A stretch of 64,000 nt of DNA from Eukaryota sp. TZLM1-RC. Taxonomy: Eukaryota; Protista; Metamonada: BaSk clade. Shown here in pieces: positions 11,742-22,201 of this stretch. The number at the start of each line of letters is the position of its first letter. Positions within the stretch are counted from its first letter, which is position 1. Both the position numbers and the translations under genes were made by a program. The stretch is taken from the NCBI GenBank assembly GCA_040285825.1, contig JAUPSS010000004.1:3452589-3516588 (forward strand). Direction: 5' to 3'. Under the pieces are notes generated by a model. It did no database searches. It was not told the origin of the DNA and worked only from the letters and a program-made list of their open reading frames with translations.

Positions 11742-13079
11742 TCACTCCACAAAACCAAAAACAAAAGAATAAAAAAATAAGATAAATGGTAATAAACAAT
11801 TACCAAACAATAATAACTTATTAAGCGCGGTGGCAGCTACACCATACTCTTTCGATAAGGTAAAAACTGAAAGAGCAGATGGTAACGTGTAAATGAAAAC
11901 CAAAATATTTCGTCCCACAGGAGTCATGTTGAAAAACCGGGTGACAAAAGAAATTAAAAAAGGTGCGACAAAAAACCGTAAGAGAAAAAGCAAGAGAACA
12001 AAAGAAAAAGAATTTGGATCATAAACATTGACAGAGTCTGTTGACTTCTCTTGAACAGAAGAAATCACATTGGCCTTTGACAACAACCCCTTATCAGAAC
12101 CACTGTCACTCAATTCAATAACAATGTCTTCTTCCCCTCCATCTATACCTTCACTTCCTCCCATCGTCTCTCCCTCTACTATAGTTTCTTCTTCCGACCT
12201 TTCCACTTCTTCATCTTTAGAAGTAGCAACGCTTACGTCATTTCCTGTTATCAAGATGACGTCATCGTTTTCAGTGATTATGTTGTTGTCAACGTCACTT
12301 TCAGTTTCTTCAATTTCGGCCTCTTCCAAATTGTGATGAACAACATCTTGAAGCTCTGTGATCACCTTTTCCTTTCCTTCCTTCAACTCGTTCATCCTCA
12401 CTGCCAGAAACATTCCGATACAGAACAGTGATCCACCCACTGTGACGTTGGCTAGGTATGATAAGCAAGTATCAATAACTTCAGGGATGGAAAGGGGAAG
12501 AAAGGTGAAGATTAAACCAAGAATGACAGCAATAATAGAATTGTTTGTGAAAACTTTTTTTGAAATAATTTTATATTTTTTTATTTCTATTCCGTGTTTT
12601 TCGGTTTGTCCAGATAATAAAAGAATAATTGATGTTGGAATATGTGTCAATTGATTTAAAGTCCCACAAATTACCGAATACTGGGCAGCTTGTTCCCCAA
12701 ACAAAGCTGATCCTATAGGAATTCCCAAAATAACTGAATTAGTCCACGCAAAGGCTACCCATATAGCGTAAATGCTAGCATGTAGGGGAGTCTCGAAACC
12801 AGCATGGCGCATGATGAGGCAAATGATCAAAGTGATTGTGAATGAGATGAATTTGAATGTGATGAGGGCATAAATGAACTCAACCTCAACTGTTGAGATG
12901 TCAAGAGAGGACATGAGACGGAATAGAAGACTAGGTATGCAGAATCTAAAGATAAATGAGTTGATACTATTCACAGAAGAGTGCTTCATAGATTTGGCTT
13001 TAATAGCCAGCAATCCAATTGCCATGGTCATCACTGAAGGAAGAGTGGCATTCAAAACGGTGCTGACAAGAGACACCAT
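11742..13079 (-). CDS. Auxin efflux carrier (AEC/PIN/PILS-like, Mem_trans) family membrane transporter
   Basis: Two hydrophobic multi-TM halves (F..F.IP.LLF, NSVILGIPI..ALFG; N..IIA..LG, LF.IG, P.A....L) separated by an acidic loop. Confidence 0.85.
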   Translation of the reverse strand: MVSLVSTVLNATLPSVMTMAIGLLAIKAKSMKHSSVNSINSFIFRFCIPSLLFRLMSSLDISTVEVEFIYALITFKFISFTITLIICLIMRHAGFETPLHASIYAIWVAFAWTNSVILGIPIGSALFGEQAAQYSVICGTLNQLTHIPTSIILLLSGQTEKHGIEIKKYKIISKKVFTNNSIIAVILGLIFTFLPLSIPEVIDTCLSYLANVTVGGSLFCIGMFLAVRMNELKEGKEKVITELQDVVHHNLEEAEIEETESDVDNNIITENDDVILITGNDVSVATSKDEEVERSEEETIVEGETMGGSEGIDGGEEDIVIELSDSGSDKGLLSKANVISSVQEKSTDSVNVYDPNSFSFVLLLFLLRFFVAPFLISFVTRFFNMTPVGRNILVFIYTLPSALSVFTLSKEYGVAATALNKLLLFGNCLLPFILFFYSFVFGFVE

Positions 13080-13100
13080 TGTTTTGGCATATGTTGGGTA

Positions 13101-13720
13101 GATTCCTTTTTAGAACCGCTGTTATCAAAAATTCTTCATGATCCCAATATTGATAGTACGCGTTACAACAGAGCTTCTATGGGTCTGACTAGAGGTGATC
13201 TAGTTGTTCCTGTTTTAAATGGTAGTTTTACTATTTTGGACGCCATGTCTATTGACCCTTGTAATTCCTCTAACGAACATCTCATTAACTCGGATGTAAA
13301 TAATCCTCTTCTGGCAGGCGAAAAATATAAAATTGCTAAATGAGCGAAAACACAAAATTGCTCATGACACAAAACCTATTTCCTCGGTTAATGAAAATTC
13401 TCATGCCCAATATAATTTATGTCCATTTGTTTTTTCTTTGCTTGGATCTCTAGGTAAGGCTGCTATGGCTTTCCTTGAGGATTTTGTTGTAGTTGTAAAG
13501 GAAAGAACTGGAATAATTTTCAATCGTGTTTACTGGCAAAACAGGATTGTATTTTCTATTTTTAAGGGAATGGTAAAACTAATTTCTGATTCACTATCTT
13601 CTTTTGGGAAATTTTCTGAATCTTTAGCAATTAATTGTTTTGATGTAGGGGAGGCAGGTTTTGAGGATGTCGAGTTTTAATTGTGTATTTCATATTTGTT
13701 GTTGAATAAAAATAAATCAT
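13101..13720 (+). mobile_element. Family C CRE-like retrotransposon 3' fragment (5'-truncated)
   Basis: FLEPLLS, RGDLVVP.LNGSF..LD, YWQNRIVFSIFKG, then AATAAA. 13-bp TSD CATATGTTGGGTA at 13088-13100 and 13721-13733. Confidence 0.9.
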
Positions 13721-13774
13721 CATATGTTGGGTATATGCAAATTTAAATTCGCTTTTTGATTTGCAACAACTATA

Positions 13775-14634
13775 TTCATTGAACATGCACACTTAATTAA
13801 ATTAATTCATAACTAATGGGACGAAAATTATGAGCAAAGATTTCCTCTACGAAATCTCAATCTGCATGATGTCAAGATAAGGCTTCTCTAATTCGATTGA
13901 AAAACCGTGGTAATCTATTAATAAAGGCAAATTGAATCCGAAAGCGTAATAGAAAAATATGAAATCTTTTGATTCCTTTTTTCTTGAACCATTTTTTGGA
14001 TATCATTCAAAAAAGTTCCTGCTTCTACTGATAGTCTTCATTTGATCACAAATGGAAAAGCAATAAAAACAAGTGATCGATTTCTATCAGCGTTAGCTTC
14101 TTCGATATTTTTGTCATATTTTTTATGTCTTTTTTTAGCTTAAAGTTCAAGAGCACTTACGGGATTAAGTTTCCTTCTGTGATTCAGAGTATCATTTGCA
14201 ACATTACATGAGACAAAGTCAACAACAGCTTCAAAGTTGTCAATCCAATCACAATATACATCGCCTCTGTCATCAGAACCAAAATTATTCAATGACGGTG
14301 TTTCCTTCAGCAGGGGCTCTTTGATACACGATATCCTTGCAGTTTGTGCCATATTGAAAACAGTGTCTCTAACAGCATCATGTATTGAAGAACTATAAGT
14401 TATCAATTTCGAACAATTCAGTGCATGTCGCAAAGTGAGCTGAGGTGAATTCGAACAAATACATTTTTCTTTTGATAATAATTGATTAATGGGGATATTC
14501 AAATATAATCTCATTTTTGTTACAAATGCCTCATTAGTAGCACACAGTTCAAATCTTCGTGGTACAATGGTTACAAACAGTGAAGAATCTGATGACTTAT
14601 TTTCACAAACACCTTTTTCCAATAACAATGAGTG
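13775..14634 (-). mobile_element. Degenerate family B retrotransposon 3' fragment
   Basis: ORF 14140-14640 and the 3' UTR (cgtcccattagttatga) match 16761-17861. No TSD found. Confidence 0.9.
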
Positions 14635-14785
14635 CTTCATCCATTAAACAAAAATAGGTACAAGGTCTATAATCTTCTGTACAATTCTGAAAGATGGCGT
14701 AGAATATAAAACTGATTAACAATTCATACTATAAATTACTTATTATTGCCAAATAATTGTATTGCCAATTCAATTTTTCCTGGCC

Positions 14786-15060
14786 CTATGCATAATATTC
14801 GCTTTCGCAATTCGGGGGAATTAAGTCAAGTAAATCAACTAAAACCATTGTTCTCATTTGGTTAAAAATTCTGCAAAATTCAAAAGATGAAGATGTAAAG
14901 TTCGATCGAAAAATATGAGTGAATGTTCTCAAATGACAAATTGTCAGAAAGAGGTATTTCAACTGTTTCATATATCAAGATCTGACAGAACTATCGATTC
15001 TTGTTGAAAAATCAACAGAAGAGTTGAAAGTGAACTTCCAACGTCATCAATTTTGCCTAA
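14786..15060 (-). mobile_element. Old retroelement relic (post-RT region)
   Basis: KYLFLTICH..FTHIFRS...FCRIFNQMR...DLLD aligns with KFFMLKICY..ITHILRS...FCRSFNSLR...DLLD of family A. Confidence 0.65.
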
Positions 15061-15348
15061 CTAACAACAGAAATAGAAATCATGATTACATCATAAATTA
15101 GCTGAGAATAGGAAAAAATTAGTATTGTTGACATTATAGATGGTTCAATTTTATTCAAATGAATTTTGATACAACTGAGTGTAAAAATGTAAGTTAAGTT
15201 TGAACAAGTTATATACTGTCAATAAAAAGTCGAATATATATCACTGTCGAAACAGAATCACTGCATTTATAATTCCTCTGATGTTGGTATGCCTTCATCA
15301 GATACTGAAAACTATTAGGAAAACAACTAACATGTAATGAGAACACAT

Positions 15349-16000
15349 TTACTTCTTGGACATCTTCTTGACGTAGAAAGTGAGTTCATCTCCTTCAAGA
15401 ATATAACCATCAGCACGGCCACATTGGCCTGGTCTGGAAGAGATACGAGCTAAGACACGACCAGACAACATTTGGTCGGCAACTTGGGAATCGATTTTGC
15501 CAATGTTTCTGAGGTTTTGTTCTTGTTCCTTGGTGAGATTTGATGGGGCTTCAGTAGAAGTGGCCTTGACTGGGACACCGTAGTAGTTTTCGAACCATTG
15601 ACGGAAAGGAGTAGCATCAATAGAGACAATGGCTCCCTTGACAAGAGTCTTGGTACGGGTAAGTTCGTTGTTGGATGCATTATACACAACATCTAAGATA
15701 CGGGTCTTACGAGTAGAGCACTCTGATCCCCAGCAGAAGTTACCGGTGTTTAATCGGAGAGCACGTAATTTAGTGTTTCCTCCACGGACACGGACAACAC
15801 GAATACGCTTATCGGCGTCTTTACCGACAGTGAGCTTAGTCATGGCGGCTTGACGGGCAATTTGGTAGGCACGCTTCTTACGCCATTGCTTACGGAGACC
15901 TCCAGTAGCTTTTCTCTTGTGATCAGTATCTCGGGAAACACCTGTTGTTAGGATCTATAAAGAGAAAAGAAATGTCATCATAGGAGTTACACATACTCAT
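15349..16000 (-). CDS. RPS8: 40S ribosomal protein S8 (eS8); join(15997..16000, 15349..15941), 55-nt intron 15942-15996
   Basis: Splicing GTATGT...CCTAACAACAG gives [16 protein letters not shown]... in frame with [31 protein letters not shown] and [17 protein letters not shown] (198 aa). Confidence 0.97.
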
Positions 16001-16205
16001 TGATAAAAGGCAGGAGTGAAAAAAGGAGGTTCAAAGAAAGGAAAATTCCTCTCTCTCATTCACTCTCCCTCCCACTGTTCAATATAGAAAATGTTATTCA
16101 AATGGTTGATACAGAACATTAGTAACAAATATGGATTTATAATAACACTATTAAAATTAATTATGAAATAAATTTTAAACAATTGACAAATATGGGAGCA
16201 ATGTC

Positions 16206-16643
16206 CTAATCTGAGTCTGATGCACAGAAAAATGACGTTCTATTTGGGTTGGGGTTTTCCCAAAGATCTTGGTCCGAATCCGAATCGCTTTGACAAAGAG
16301 TATTCATCCACACATCTGGCAGAATGTTCTCTGATATCATCTCCTCGATATGTTCATCAACAAGAACATGCTCTATAATGCCATGTACATTGGCGTTATC
16401 TACTTCTTCAGCGGGCAACAACCGCACTGCACAAAAGGTCCCACGTCTCAACCAAAGAAGCTTTGAAAACTTGCTGGGAAGCAATACTACTATAGGTGTA
16501 TTTGAATTTGGTGACATCTGAGCTTTGAATAAGTTACCACCAGTGGCTGATACAATTTGTACTATGGTATGATCCTCAGTCAAAAAGTCTGTGACTGGAG
16601 CGGTTTCTAACAGTTCATGGATATGTTTTCGGGCATGACTCAT
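16206..16643 (-). CDS. EIF1AD: eIF1A-domain RNA-binding protein (EIF1AD-like)
   Basis: S1/eIF1A fold motifs IV....GGNLF, LPSKF.KLLWLRRG.F, acidic tail with NPNR. First ATG at 16643. Confidence 0.85.
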   Translation of the reverse strand: MSHARKHIHELLETAPVTDFLTEDHTIVQIVSATGGNLFKAQMSPNSNTPIVVLLPSKFSKLLWLRRGTFCAVRLLPAEEVDNANVHGIIEHVLVDEHIEEMISENILPDVWMNTLCQSDSDSDQDLWENPNPNRTSFFCASDSD

Positions 16644-16743
16644 GTAATAAAAATTTGTGAAGAAACACAAAAAAGGGATTAGGTAGGGATTAGGTTGAGA
16701 AGGGAAAAGAAAAGGGATTAGTCTATGTATTAGTATTCAGCAT

Positions 16744-17861
16744 TTGATTGGGAAGATTTATTGATGACAACGCAAAGTTCCACTGTTTTTGCATTAAATG
16801 AAGAAATTTCAAGAATTGATGTGGAAAAATGGGGTCGATGTTTTCCCCAATCATTCAATGGCAATATTCCAGAAAAAAATGTTTTAAATTTGAAGTACAC
16901 CCTTCGAACATTACAGAAAAGATTGACTGGAATGTATGAAAAAGATCTTTATAATAATATATGCAGCTCGGCTGTTTTAAATCAAGATCTTCACTCATTG
17001 TTATTGGAAAAGGGTGTTTGTGAAAACAAGTCGTCAGCTTCTTCACTTTTTGTAACCATTGTACCACGAAGATTTGGATTGTTTGCCACTAATGAAGCAT
17101 TTGTAACAAAAATGAGATTATATTTGAACATCCCCATTAACCAATTATTATCAAAAGAAAAATGTATTTGTTCGAATTCACCTCAACTCACTTTGCACCA
17201 TGCTCTGGATTGCTCTAAATTGATAACTTATCGTTCTTCATTACATGATGCTGTTAGAGACACTGTTTTCAATATGGCACAAACTGCAAGGATATCGTGT
17301 ATCAAAGAGCCCCTGCTGAAGGAAACACTTTCTCTGAATAATTTTGGTTCTGATGATAGAGGTGATGTATACTGTGATTGGATTGATAATTCTGAAGCTA
17401 TTGTTGACTTTGTCTCATGTAATGTTGCAAATGATAGTTTGGTTCACAGAAGAAAACTTAATCCGGTGGCTGCTCTGGATTTTAAAGCAAAAGCGAAACA
17501 TAGAAAATATGATAAAGATATTGAAGAGGCAAATGTCGATAGAAATACACAGCTGGTTTTTATTGCTTTCCCATTTTCGATAAATGGTAGATTATCAGTC
17601 GAAGCAGAAACTTTTTTGGATGACTTCCAAAAAATGGTGCAAGAAAAAACAATGAAAAGATTTGATATTTTTTTATGGCGTTCACGGATTCAATTTGCCA
17701 TTATTAATAGATTACCGCGGTTTTTCAATCGAATTAGAGACGCTTTAGCTAGACAGCAAGCAAATCAAGATTTTGTAGAGGAAATCTTGGTTCAATGATA
17801 GTCGTCCCATTAGTTATGATTTAATTTAATTAAGTGTGCAAATTCAATAAATTCATCAAGA
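16744..17861 (+). mobile_element. Family B CRE-like retrotransposon, 5'-truncated young copy (intact RLE ORF 16761-17798)
   Basis: CIC..HALDC, SLHDAVRD, RGDV..D, K.KHRKY motifs. 10-bp TSD TATTCAGCAT at 16734-16743 and 17862-17871. Confidence 0.92.
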
Positions 17862-17907
17862 TATTCAGCATAAAATTCAACCACAGAAAATTGATTTCAA
17901 TCAACTT

Positions 17908-20900
17908 ATGATATGTGTGCCATTCGAGCTTGGAGAGTCACACTTCTCTGATGTCTCTGCACTTCATTGGATACCAGATGCTTCTCAGTTGGTGGTCGCT
18001 GTGTCCCATGATGTCCATCTTTTGTCATTGCCTGCAAAAGACTCAACCAAATGTTGCTCAACATCGGATACAGTACTCTTTATTTCTTCACAAGCTAATA
18101 ACTCCTTCACTTGTTCATTATCCAATGGTTCTTCTCATACATATAACCTCTTCAATTCTTCTTCAGACACTTCACTACCCTCGCAGTCACTCTCTCAACA
18201 GTTTCACCAAGCTCTAACGCTACCCAATGGCACTTCTATATTTCTCTCCTCCAACAAAACTTTTTCAATCAGACCTGATCTTGTACTACATCTTAAACTT
18301 CACACTAAATCAACTGCTCTTATTGCCTCTTTTGGGGACCTCCTCCTTTCTTCCTCTTCTAATGGTACAGTCCGTTGCTGGGATCCCTCTTGCCTCACCT
18401 CATCTCGACCATCTCCTCTGTTCTCATTCAGAAGCAAGGAAATCTGGAAGTTAGGCAGAACTGCCAGGATCTCAAGTATGGTCGCCTTTCCTTGCATGGA
18501 AGAGAATGAACATGGGCTTATTGGTGTAATAGGTGTCTCTTTTGGATCTTCTCTTTGTGTTTTCGGGGTTGATCAGAGTTTCTCCACAAAATCATTAATC
18601 AACATTCCCTGTATAAAACCTATATCTACAATATTAATTTCAAATCATTTTTATTTAAATTCTTTTTTGATTTGGGTTTGTTTTGATTCAGACTGTGAAA
18701 TTTTTTTGCTTAATCCCAACAAACCTTTTGAATTATTGGAATTCTTCTCATTCAAGACCAAAAACACTATTAAACAACTTTATTTTTCTCCAAGTTCATC
18801 ATTTATTGCGGCAATTGAGGGTAGTTCTAACACGTTAAGTATTTATAAATACTGTTTTTCATTACCCTTTACCCGATTAAACATGCCTTTTTTAGATGAA
18901 ATAGGCAAGAGGCCACAATCACTTGTGATTGATGGACAGTCGACAATCATTTTGAACGGCAACCTTGTGACTTTTGGCCTAGATCGTTCTAGTAAAATAT
19001 CAACCCAATCATTATCGTTTTTAAAAGAAAAGGATAATTTAATAGGAATTAAGGAGTATTTAATTAATTCAACTGACAAACACTTTGTCTTTGCTTTTAT
19101 CTATAGCAATCAAACCCAATCAGTTGCTGTTTTTTCCCAACCCGGTTATGAACTGATTTCAGAAGTCACCGGAAGTCAAGCGGTTCTGATCAATAATAAT
19201 TTTTTCCATTTATTTAAAGACTCATTTATTTATTGTCATAATATATCCAATTCCCCTTCTGTTTTATGGGAAATGAATATTACTTCTCTGATTGGAAGTA
19301 ATTTTGACAATCTTGAATTGCTCAGTTCCAATTCTCACTTATCTAGTTATTTTCTCACTGTTTCTGGTAATTTATTTACATTTTATCAATTGAATTATGA
19401 TGAAGAAAATTCCCGTGTTTCACACTGTTCTTTTAATTGTGAATCTAAATTATTTATTGATACTGATAATGTTTGTTTGTTTTGGAATGGTCTAAATTTC
19501 TGTTGCTTGGTGCTTGATTGTTCTCTGGTAGTTTTTGACTGTCGATCTGAATCAATCAAACTAATCAATCAGATCGACCTTCCTGGTCAAATAGAATATG
19601 TTTTCTTTTCTAATCATTTACTTCTATGCCAAGCCGATTTTTGTCTTTATAGAATTGATTTAGTTTCTGATCGATATTCATTTGTTCAACATTTATCATG
19701 TGGCAAAGTTATTGCCACTCTCCATGATCGAATAATCAGCATTTCGAATTGTTTTATTTCCTCAAATATTAATAATGAATTTAAATTTAATTTATCAACA
19801 TTTCCACTAGTCACTGAGCTTTTGTTGAGCTCTTTTAGTCACTCTGACCAAATTTCGGAACAAATTTTGGTTAATATTCCTGGTATTGAGAAGATTTCAC
19901 CATCAAAAGCAGTCAAAGTTGCTCTTCATTGCTGCTATCACAATCATTTTCAAATAGCATGTAGCCTTATTTCTCAGCTACTAACAAGTAATTCATGGAT
20001 AGACAACAATGCTGAACTTCTGAATGATTTTATTCAAGTGCTGGTTTATTGTAAACAGATCAAAACTGCATTGACTTTTTTGATTGGTCTTCCATTTTCA
20101 ATCAATAATGACCTTTATAATTCTTTAATTTCACAAATTTTGCATGAATCTTTTAAATCAAATTCATTATTTATTTCTGTGTTCTGTCTTGGATTACTTT
20201 CAAATATTGATGGTTTATTGAGTTTATTAATTTATGTAAATAATGATTCTATTAAATCATTAATTCATTATTTTCTCACCAAGAATGACGACAGACAGGA
20301 TGTAACTGAACTATTTGAATTTATTGAACTACCAACCAATGCTCCTCGTATATCAAATGATTTTGACTTCCTTCCTATTTTGGAAACTGACCCCCATCTC
20401 GAAACAATCACTTGCCAGTCACTTTCCTCCCAAATTACCCATCAATCCAAACCACTCAAAACGTTTATGGACACCGTCTCCATCACTTTCGACGCCCCTT
20501 CATGTCTTCCCGTCTTCCGTGTGGATAACGAAGGCAGGGAGCTTGACCCATTAGGGTGCATCAAGTTGGAGGCTGAAGAAAGTGAATCTGACGATGAAGA
20601 GCAAGAAGAAGATGGGTCTATAATTCAAGTTGTTATCGCTAAACATAGTAGTGATGAAGATCTTGATTATGATGACTTCAGCTTAGATGCAGCTCCTCCA
20701 ACCAGATCTCCAGCTGCCAATCCCAGTTCTAGTTCGTCCAAGTCTCTTACGACAGCAGCTGATGGTTACTTCACGAAAGCATTGGGTTTATTGGAGAAGG
20801 GTAGATTCAAGCAGGCGTTACTTGAGATAAAGGCTGGTTTTGGTAATCTTTCCAGAGACAATATTGTTCATTTTCAGTCTTACAGTTTATATTTTGTGGT

Positions 20901-21393
20901 TTTAACTTTACTAAATGTGATTTCTCCCAAATCAAGTCATTTTCTTTATCATTCTTGTATAGCGGCCATCCCCAATATCGAAGCCAAGCATAGATCTGTC
21001 CTTTGTGCTATTGCTGCTAAAAAGCTTGAAAAGACTCATTTGGAGTTGAGCAAATGTTTTGCTCGTAAAGCTCTCGATCTAAGCGTCAATAAGCAAGCTA
21101 ATTTCGTTTCTGATTGTCAGCGTATCATCAATAAAAGTAATAATGAATTTAATAATAATGAATTGATTAACAATTCCCAAGCCGATAGTTTCCTACAGTG
21201 TCCAAGATGTTCTTCTTCCTTGGAGTTTTCAGTTTCCCGTTTCGGTTACTGCTCTGATTGTCTTGATTATGTTATAGTGTGTGTTTCAAAACTTTGTCTA
21301 GTTTTAGAGTCTGATGTAGCTTTTGTTTGTCGATTCTGTGGCAGTTCATATAGTACTGTTCCTAATAAGTGCATTTGTTGTGCAATGTCTTAG
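17908..21393 (+). CDS. WD40 beta-propeller/solenoid coat scaffold with C-terminal Cys motif, most like TSET TTRAY2 (TWD40-2) or alpha-COP
   Basis: N-terminal WD repeats (SSSSNGTVRCWD), helical middle, acidic linker. C-terminus ALGLLEKGRFKQAL, IP.IEAKHR, VCRFCGSSY....CICC. Family call is from remembered similarity, not a search. Confidence 0.7.
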   Translation: MICVPFELGESHFSDVSALHWIPDASQLVVAVSHDVHLLSLPAKDSTKCCSTSDTVLFISSQANNSFTCSLSNGSSHTYNLFNSSSDTSLPSQSLSQQFHQALTLPNGTSIFLSSNKTFSIRPDLVLHLKLHTKSTALIASFGDLLLSSSSNGTVRCWDPSCLTSSRPSPLFSFRSKEIWKLGRTARISSMVAFPCMEENEHGLIGVIGVSFGSSLCVFGVDQSFSTKSLINIPCIKPISTILISNHFYLNSFLIWVCFDSDCEIFLLNPNKPFELLEFFSFKTKNTIKQLYFSPSSSFIAAIEGSSNTLSIYKYCFSLPFTRLNMPFLDEIGKRPQSLVIDGQSTIILNGNLVTFGLDRSSKISTQSLSFLKEKDNLIGIKEYLINSTDKHFVFAFIYSNQTQSVAVFSQPGYELISEVTGSQAVLINNNFFHLFKDSFIYCHNISNSPSVLWEMNITSLIGSNFDNLELLSSNSHLSSYFLTVSGNLFTFYQLNYDEENSRVSHCSFNCESKLFIDTDNVCLFWNGLNFCCLVLDCSLVVFDCRSESIKLINQIDLPGQIEYVFFSNHLLLCQADFCLYRIDLVSDRYSFVQHLSCGKVIATLHDRIISISNCFISSNINNEFKFNLSTFPLVTELLLSSFSHSDQISEQILVNIPGIEKISPSKAVKVALHCCYHNHFQIACSLISQLLTSNSWIDNNAELLNDFIQVLVYCKQIKTALTFLIGLPFSINNDLYNSLISQILHESFKSNSLFISVFCLGLLSNIDGLLSLLIYVNNDSIKSLIHYFLTKNDDRQDVTELFEFIELPTNAPRISNDFDFLPILETDPHLETITCQSLSSQITHQSKPLKTFMDTVSITFDAPSCLPVFRVDNEGRELDPLGCIKLEAEESESDDEEQEEDGSIIQVVIAKHSSDEDLDYDDFSLDAAPPTRSPAANPSSSSSKSLTTAADGYFTKALGLLEKGRFKQALLEIKAGFGNLSRDNIVHFQSYSLYFVVLTLLNVISPKSSHFLYHSCIAAIPNIEAKHRSVLCAIAAKKLEKTHLELSKCFARKALDLSVNKQANFVSDCQRIINKSNNEFNNNELINNSQADSFLQCPRCSSSLEFSVSRFGYCSDCLDYVIVCVSKLCLVLESDVAFVCRFCGSSYSTVPNKCICCAMS

Positions 21394-21463
21394 TTTTTGT
21401 AAATATTTTATTACAATTTATTAAACATTTATTTCAATTTTATTAAAACACATTTACCCCATC

Positions 21464-21934
21464 CTATTTGTTTTCGAGTTCTACCAATTCAGTAATGACC
21501 ATTAAATATTGATGCAACAAACTAAGTAGAGGGTCATCAAAAACACCAGTTTGAAGTGATCCATGATGGATAAACGGTAAAATTCTAATCATAAGTTCTT
21601 CATTTAAATTATTTGGTTTAACAGTACTGATTTGGTCAATAAATCTTTGAGTTACCATTTGCTCATTGTTTTGCACGTGAATGACAAGCTGGACGTAACT
21701 TGTAGAAGGTGCATTCAAGAGCTTTTCAACTAATTTGCTTACATTCAAATCTTGATGAAATATCAAGAGTCCCAAAGCAGACATTAATAAAGTTATATTA
21801 AGAGGAGCAAATTCAAAAGCATATCCAGCAAGCGCTAGTAGATCATTCGAAGAAATCTGTTTCAACTTAGTCAACAAATATTTTCGCTTTAAAGACAGCA
21901 AATGCAACCGTGTTCCAGGTATTAAACAAGGCAT
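21464..21934 (-). CDS. Hypothetical protein (156 aa)
   Basis: ATG-initiated ORF in AT-rich context, convergent with the preceding gene. No recognisable motif. Confidence 0.45.
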   Translation of the reverse strand: MPCLIPGTRLHLLSLKRKYLLTKLKQISSNDLLALAGYAFEFAPLNITLLMSALGLLIFHQDLNVSKLVEKLLNAPSTSYVQLVIHVQNNEQMVTQRFIDQISTVKPNNLNEELMIRILPFIHHGSLQTGVFDDPLLSLLHQYLMVITELVELENK

Positions 21935-22201
21935 AGAAAAACTACCAAGGTGACATTAGTAGAACGAGATAAACAACATTAGTAGAGTCAGTAATTTATA
22001 ACAAAATTTAGTACTTTTTTGGTATTAATTAACACCAAAAAACCAAACATTAGTAGAGTTTTAAATAAAACAGGGATTGAATGTAAGTACTAGTAATTCG
22101 TTGGTTGGCTTTTCAAGTGCAGATTGTAATTGAAATGTTAATAAATCTTATAATAATTTAATTTAAAAAACCACAAAAAACCAAAAAAAAGAGTTTATTG
22201 A

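Noticed and set aside
15955-15990. Intronic C/D snoRNA in RPS8 (ATGATGA box C-like)
   Set aside because: The intron is only 55 nt and has no CTGA box D.
16674-16721. Interstitial telomeric repeat
   Set aside because: Only three spaced GGGATTAG words, not a tandem TTAGGG-type array.
21954-22060. Three ACATTAGTAGA direct repeats as a CRISPR-like array
   Set aside because: 11-bp units with irregular spacing, no cas genes, eukaryotic locus.
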